A stretch of 64,000 nucleotides of DNA from NCBI GenBank assembly GCA_035286125.1, contig JAYKIS010000082.1, positions 1,253 to 65,252 of the forward strand, given 5' to 3'. Under the pieces are notes generated by a model. That model was not told the origin of the DNA and made no database searches. It saw only the letters and a program-made list of their open reading frames with translations. A program made the translations under genes and the position numbers. Origin of the DNA: Candidatus Sericytochromatia bacterium (lineage in GTDB: Bacteria > Cyanobacteriota > Sericytochromatia > S15B-MN24 > VGJW01). Below are positions 59,287 through 64,000 of the stretch, piece after piece. Each line of letters opens with the position of its first letter. Position 1 is the first letter of the stretch.

Positions 59287-60161
59287 GCCGTCCCGGCGCC
59301 TTCCCTGGCAAAAGGGTTGGCGACGCGTTCGCGGCCCACGGTGGTTGCCGGCCCGTGCCCCGGCAGCAGCAGGGTCTCCTCGGGTTCTTCGAGCAACCGC
59401 GCGAGTGAGGACCGGTGCACCGGATGGTCGGCCGGTCCCCCGAAGGTCCGGCCCAGCGAACGGGCGAACATCGTGTCGCCGGGGAAAAGCCGCTTGCCCA
59501 GCCGCCAGGTGCACCCCCCGGGCGTGTGGCCAGGGGTCGGCAGCCAGTCGATATCGGGGTCCCTGAGTGCGTCCGGATGGAGAAGCGGGCACGCGATTCC
59601 GCTGGCACGAGCCAGTTCATGGTCGTCCGGATGCAGGAACACGGGGGCTCCCGTCTCCCCGGAAAGCCAGCCTGCACCGCCCACATGGTCCCGATGCCCG
59701 TGGGTCACGAGGATGCCCCGCAACGTGACAAGCTCCCTTCGCAGCCATGCCCGTGGTACTTCGGGCCGGAAGCCCGGGTCGACAATCCAGGCCGACCTGC
59801 TTGGCGTCTGGCAGATGATCCATGTGTTCGAGGCGTACCCCCCGGGTGTTTCCGAGAGCGTATAGCGCAGCGTCTGCCAGCCGTCGTCCGGTTCTGTCAG
59901 GGCTTCGGGTCGCGATGAGCCGAGAGCGAGGCCCGCGAGTGCCTCGCCGCGCAGATCCAGACAGCGTCCGAGGGCGACGGCCGTGTCGGGAGGCAGGGGT
60001 GCGTCGAGCGCCTCCCAGGCGGCGAGCCGAGACTCGGGCACACCCAACTGCCCGGCCACGTGCGCCCGGCTCAGGCCGAGCCCTGCGCGGGCCTTGGCGA
60101 TGACGTCGCCGGCTTCGTCCTCGAAGGGCAGGATGTCCGCGAGCGTGCTGGGTTCCGGCAT
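59283..60161 (-). CDS. MBL-fold metallo-hydrolase (glyoxalase II-like) with an N-terminal XRE-type HTH
   Basis: [43 protein letters not shown] and PGHGP motifs. Confidence 0.85.
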   Translation of the reverse strand: MPEPSTLADILPFEDEAGDVIAKARAGLGLSRAHVAGQLGVPESRLAAWEALDAPLPPDTAVALGRCLDLRGEALAGLALGSSRPEALTEPDDGWQTLRYTLSETPGGYASNTWIICQTPSRSAWIVDPGFRPEVPRAWLRRELVTLRGILVTHGHRDHVGGAGWLSGETGAPVFLHPDDHELARASGIACPLLHPDALRDPDIDWLPTPGHTPGGCTWRLGKRLFPGDTMFARSLGRTFGGPADHPVHRSSLARLLEEPEETLLLPGHGPATTVGRERVANPFAREGAGTA

Positions 60162-60207
60162 GTTAACCTTGACCTATCCTGAGTCCCATCTTCGTGGAGG
60201 TTCTCCC

Positions 60208-61278
60208 ATGGCCACCGCCATTGCCCACAAGCTCGAGGAGCTGCTCGGCGCCGACGCCGACAGCCTGCTCAACTACACCTGCAAGGGCATCGACAAGTCG
60301 CTGCTTCACCTGCCGGGTCCTGATTTCGTGGAGCGGGTCTTCACCCCCTCGGATCGGCCGATTCCCGTGATGAACAACCTGCAGCGCCTCTTCTCCACGG
60401 GCCGGCTCGCCGGCACGGGCTACCTGTCGATCCTGCCCGTAGACCAGGGCATCGAGCACAGCGCCGGGGCTTCTTTCGCGAAGAACCCCATCTACTTCGA
60501 CTCCGAGAACATCGTTCGTCTCGCGATCGAGGGCGGCTGCAACGCCGTCGCCTCGACCTACGGCGTGCTGGCCTCGGTAGCCCGCAAGTACGCGCACCGC
60601 ATCCCCTTCATCGTCAAGATCAACCACAACGAATTCCTCTCGTACCCCAACACCTATGACCAGGTCATGTTCGGGTCCATCGACGAGGCAGCAGCCATGG
60701 GTGCTGCAGCAGTCGGGGCGACCATCTACTTCGGTTCCGAGGAGTCGCGCCGGCAGATCGTCGAGGTCGCCGAGGCCTTCGAGCGGGCGCATCAACTGGG
60801 CCTGGCGACCATCCTCTGGTGCTACACCCGCAACAATGGCTTCAAGAAGGACGGAACGGACTTCCATACGGCGATGGATCTGACGGGTCAGGCCAATCAT
60901 CTGGGCGTGACCATCAAGGCCGACATCGTCAAGCAGAAGCTGCCCGAGGTCTTCAAGTCCGGCTACGAGACCATCAACTTCGGCAAGATCGACAAGCGCG
61001 TCTTCACCGAGCTCTCGGCGGATCATCCCATCGAGATGACCCGTTACCAGGTGGCCAACGGCTACATGGGCCGTGCGGGCCTGATCAACAGCGGTGGCGC
61101 CAGCTCGGGCGCCACGGACCTTGCGGAGGCGGTCAAGACGGCCGTCATCAACAAGCGGGCGGGCGGCATGGGCCTGATCTCGGGTCGCAAGGCGTTCCAG
61201 CGTCCCATGGCCGAGGGCGCGGCCCTGCTTCATGCCATCCAGGACGTCTACCTGGACCCGGCCGTCACCATCGCCTGA
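60208..61278 (+). CDS. fbaB: Class I fructose-bisphosphate aldolase
   Basis: [23 protein letters not shown] and [10 protein letters not shown] motifs. GGAGG SD. Confidence 0.95.
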   Translation: MATAIAHKLEELLGADADSLLNYTCKGIDKSLLHLPGPDFVERVFTPSDRPIPVMNNLQRLFSTGRLAGTGYLSILPVDQGIEHSAGASFAKNPIYFDSENIVRLAIEGGCNAVASTYGVLASVARKYAHRIPFIVKINHNEFLSYPNTYDQVMFGSIDEAAAMGAAAVGATIYFGSEESRRQIVEVAEAFERAHQLGLATILWCYTRNNGFKKDGTDFHTAMDLTGQANHLGVTIKADIVKQKLPEVFKSGYETINFGKIDKRVFTELSADHPIEMTRYQVANGYMGRAGLINSGGASSGATDLAEAVKTAVINKRAGGMGLISGRKAFQRPMAEGAALLHAIQDVYLDPAVTIA

Positions 61279-61289
61279 TTCCGTTTCGT

Positions 61290-61332
61290 CGAACGGTCCG
61301 GTCACTCCCCCGGGAGGCGGCCGGACCGTTCG
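61290..61332. terminator. Long hairpin between convergent fbaB and PDE genes
   Basis: CGAACGGTCCGGTC...GGCCGGACCGTTCG stem with an inner CTCCC/GGGAG stem. Confidence 0.6.
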
Positions 61333-61342
61333 GCTTTGGGCT

Positions 61343-63502
61343 TCAGGCCCGCAGCAGCGATGAGGTCAGCCGCAGGTAGACCCCGGGGTTCTGCTGCAGG
61401 AAGCGGCGGAGGTCCGGCGCGGACATCCGATAGGCCGTCACGGGGCCGCGTGCCACGAGATGCCGCGATGCGGGCTTCTGGTCGAGGATGCGGTCGATTT
61501 CCCCTGCAAGTTCCCCGCCACTCCAGGTCAGGTCCGGAAGGTCATCGGCCTCGCCGACCACGATGCCCTCGTCAATCAGGTAACAGACCCGCGCCCGTTG
61601 CCCGGCCTGTGTCAGCTCTGTCCCGTCAGGAAGCACCACCGCCTCGAGCATGCCCTGGAACTGGGTGCGCTGGGTGGGCGTCAGTTGCCGGAAGACAGGT
61701 GAATAGGCCAACCTGTCCCACGCGGGCAGCTGTCGGATGCGGGCCAGACGTCGCAGCGTCTCGAGCAGCTCAGTGCCGCGCAGCAGGTAAAGCAGGTCAT
61801 GGGCGGCCATCGTCAGGACCTCGAGGTCCGATCGGGCGACGACGTCCGCCGTGCGTGGCGTACCCAGGACGATGGCCGCCTCGCCGAAGTAGTCATGCTG
61901 CCCGTAGACGGCGACCTCGCGGCCCTCGCCATCGAGCACGGCAGCCTTGCCCTCGACGATGATGAAGAACTCGCCACCGGGGTCGCCGCGCCGGATCAGG
62001 ATGTCCCCGGCCTTGCAGCGACGGGCCTGCGTCATCGAGAACGCCTCGGCTGCCTTGGCCCACGGCAGGCTGCTGAAGAGGCCTACACGGCTCAGGACAT
62101 CAAGCGTCGTCTGGGCGGCGCTGTGCCGTGGTCGCTCGTCGACCAGCGCCACCGTCTGGTCGAGGCCCGCGGGTGCGATGCGCATGCCGGTACCTTCCGG
62201 CAGGTTCCGCGCGCTCAGGTGAATCAGCATGACGCGGCGACGCACGTCCTCGGGCAGTTGCAGGAGCTCCTCGAGGCGCGTATGCAGGGGCGGAATGCCG
62301 GCTTCGTGCAGGACCAGGTCGTGATGCCACGGGAAGTCCATCAACTGGTCGAGACGCGCCTGGTCGATGACGCCCAGGCGATGCAGGGCACGAAACGTCG
62401 CCGGATCGTAGAGCGTGTCCGAGCTGTAGACCAGCGAGCGCCCTCCATAGAACACTTCGAAGCCCACGCACGGGACGGAATGCAGGGAGTATCTGAAGTG
62501 GAACTCGGCCCCCTCGATGCGGACCGGCTCGCCGATGCCGACGGGCGTGAAATCGAAGAGCGAGGTGAAGCGGGTTCGGGACAGACCCGCCAGCGGTGCA
62601 TTCTTGGCCACGAAGCTCCGCATGATCGTCGGCGTCGTGAAGACCCGGATACGGCCCTCGGCGAGCACCTTCTGCAGGGTGCCGCCGTCATGATCGGCGT
62701 GGCAGTGCGTGAGGACGATGGCGTCGATGAGCTTCGGGTTGATCTCCTGGTCGCGCAGCCAATCCATGCTGCCGACGGGAGGGTCCACGAGAATGCCGCG
62801 ATGATTGGCCCAGATGATGAAGCCGCTGGTCATCGTCTCGGGATCGAAGCCGTGGCCGGTGCCGATGAACGTCAGGCCGAAGGCGGGCGGATGGAACGGT
62901 GCGATGCGGTCATGGCGCTCGCTGGCCTGCTCGGGCAAGGGCACCTGCTCCGGGAATCGGGCCAACTCCGCGTCACCGTCCAGGACCACGAAACCCGCAC
63001 CGACGGAACGGCTCACGGTCACGCTACCGACCTTGGCGATGCCCTTGCGGTCGAAGGTGACGAAAGACAGCATGTCTCCGAGGTCCATTTCGACACCCCG
63101 GAATGGACAGGTCCTGAAGTAACGGAATTCCGCGGCCAGGTCGGGCACCGGGCCCCGCAGGATCTCGCGCGAGACATCGGGCTTGACCGGGCCGAACACC
63201 GCCTCGCGCATCATCGCCGTCAGGTCCCTCTTCTGGCGCTCTTCGCAGATGACGGTGGTGCGCTGACGCTTGACGAAGTAGTTGTAGTAGACGGGAAACT
63301 CGAGGTCGGCAAGGCTGATCCCCAGCTCGGCCGAGAACAGGTGCCCGGGCAGCAGGTAGATGGCGGGAACCCCTTCCGGCTTCCCGATGGTGTCCTTGAT
63401 GGTCTCCGGCACCGCACCGTATTGGATGGGCCCCGCCGGAGTCCGTACGAGCAGGCCACCGCGTGACAGCGGCACGGGGCCTGGCGCGACCTCGGGACTC
63501 AT
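61343..63502 (-). CDS. MBL-fold cyclic-nucleotide phosphodiesterase with two C-terminal cNMP-binding domains (PdeD/PdeE-like)
   Basis: PETIKD, EFPVYYNYF, GTGHGFDP, THCHADHDGG and HEAGIPPLHT motifs. cNMP cassette FGEAAIV..PRTADV. Confidence 0.85.
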   Translation of the reverse strand: MSPEVAPGPVPLSRGGLLVRTPAGPIQYGAVPETIKDTIGKPEGVPAIYLLPGHLFSAELGISLADLEFPVYYNYFVKRQRTTVICEERQKRDLTAMMREAVFGPVKPDVSREILRGPVPDLAAEFRYFRTCPFRGVEMDLGDMLSFVTFDRKGIAKVGSVTVSRSVGAGFVVLDGDAELARFPEQVPLPEQASERHDRIAPFHPPAFGLTFIGTGHGFDPETMTSGFIIWANHRGILVDPPVGSMDWLRDQEINPKLIDAIVLTHCHADHDGGTLQKVLAEGRIRVFTTPTIMRSFVAKNAPLAGLSRTRFTSLFDFTPVGIGEPVRIEGAEFHFRYSLHSVPCVGFEVFYGGRSLVYSSDTLYDPATFRALHRLGVIDQARLDQLMDFPWHHDLVLHEAGIPPLHTRLEELLQLPEDVRRRVMLIHLSARNLPEGTGMRIAPAGLDQTVALVDERPRHSAAQTTLDVLSRVGLFSSLPWAKAAEAFSMTQARRCKAGDILIRRGDPGGEFFIIVEGKAAVLDGEGREVAVYGQHDYFGEAAIVLGTPRTADVVARSDLEVLTMAAHDLLYLLRGTELLETLRRLARIRQLPAWDRLAYSPVFRQLTPTQRTQFQGMLEAVVLPDGTELTQAGQRARVCYLIDEGIVVGEADDLPDLTWSGGELAGEIDRILDQKPASRHLVARGPVTAYRMSAPDLRRFLQQNPGVYLRLTSSLLRA

Positions 63503-63549
63503 GCCGGCACCATGCCCGCTGCCGCTGATTCCTCACCGTCGGATCGCCC

Positions 63550-64000
63550 TCATGATGCCTCGGTTTCCGTACCGATCAGCGAGACGCACCGGTAGCCGAC
63601 GCCCCGCACGGTCCGGATGGCCACGGGCGAGGGCCCCAGGCGCTCCAGCTTGTCCCGCAGCCGGCAGATGTGGACGTCGACGACCCGGTCATCCCCGAAG
63701 AAGTCATCGCCCCAGACCCGGAACAGGATGGTGTCGCGGGTAATCGCCTTGCCCAGATTGGCCATCAGCAACACGAGGAGCTTGTACTCCTTGAACGGCA
63801 GGTCCAGCGACCTGTCGCCGAGTGTCACGGTGTGCTCGTCGTCGTCGATGCGCAGGTCGCCCACCTCGAGGATGTGGCGGGCCTCGGTCATGCTCTGGCG
63901 CACGCGCTCGACGCGCCGCAGGTTGGCCTTCACGCGGGCAGCCAGCTCGACCATGCTGAAGGGCTTGGTCATGTATTCGTCGGCACCCACCGCGAGACCC
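63550..64000 (-). CDS. OmpR/PhoB family response regulator (5' end outside the window)
   Basis: GADEYMTKPF, winged helix VDVHICRLRDKL and IRTVRGVGY. Confidence 0.93.
   Translation of the reverse strand, partial: GLAVGADEYMTKPFSMVELAARVKANLRRVERVRQSMTEARHILEVGDLRIDDDEHTVTLGDRSLDLPFKEYKLLVLLMANLGKAITRDTILFRVWGDDFFGDDRVVDVHICRLRDKLERLGPSPVAIRTVRGVGYRCVSLIGTETEAS

Noticed and set aside
61343-63502. Pycsar/CBASS-type defence locus (MBL plus cNMP-binding)
   Set aside because: No cyclase or effector gene is adjacent, and the context is housekeeping/signalling.

Overview
GC-rich, gene-dense bacterial chromosome segment with about 62 CDS. I found no rRNA, tRNA, CRISPR array, IS or phage genes. Housekeeping genes include prfC, nadAB, hflX, plsC, purA, dnaB, rplI, yajQ, rlmH, argS, a large NAD-GDH, miaE, lptCAB-F/G, ahcY, a DEAD-box helicase and fbaB. 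There are two acyl-CoA catabolic clusters: crotonase-thiolase-hbd-acyl-CoA dehydrogenase, and a yng/liu-like leucine cluster. Firmicute-like gene order together with LPS-export genes and a flagellin suggests a diderm, flagellated Terrabacteria member, possibly a non-photosynthetic Cyanobacteriota relative such as Ca. Sericytochromatia (inference only). Signals the ORF track misses: (1) a SelW/Rdx selenoprotein gene (CxxU, in-frame UGA with a SECIS-like hairpin) at 51198-51422; (2) a sigma28 promoter and CsrA-like site in front of an orphan 1008-aa flagellin with degenerate polymerisation ends; (3) a palindromic bidirectional extended -10 placed to drive two leaderless genes, plus other leaderless starts; (4) two probable CTG starts; (5) a decayed ICMT/Ste14 methyltransferase behind an enolase-superfamily/GH3 pair. 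Unusual protein architectures: a PilB/MshEN N-domain split by a beta-propeller and fused to NHL propellers; a Sec-secreted FrpC-type self-processing module with Ser-Pro in place of Asp-Pro; a coupled vWA and J-domain/HEAT pair; a PdeD/PdeE-like cNMP phosphodiesterase; and a lipoprotein with (LNNTSA)4 repeats. All family calls come from motifs recognised by eye, and no database searches were run.
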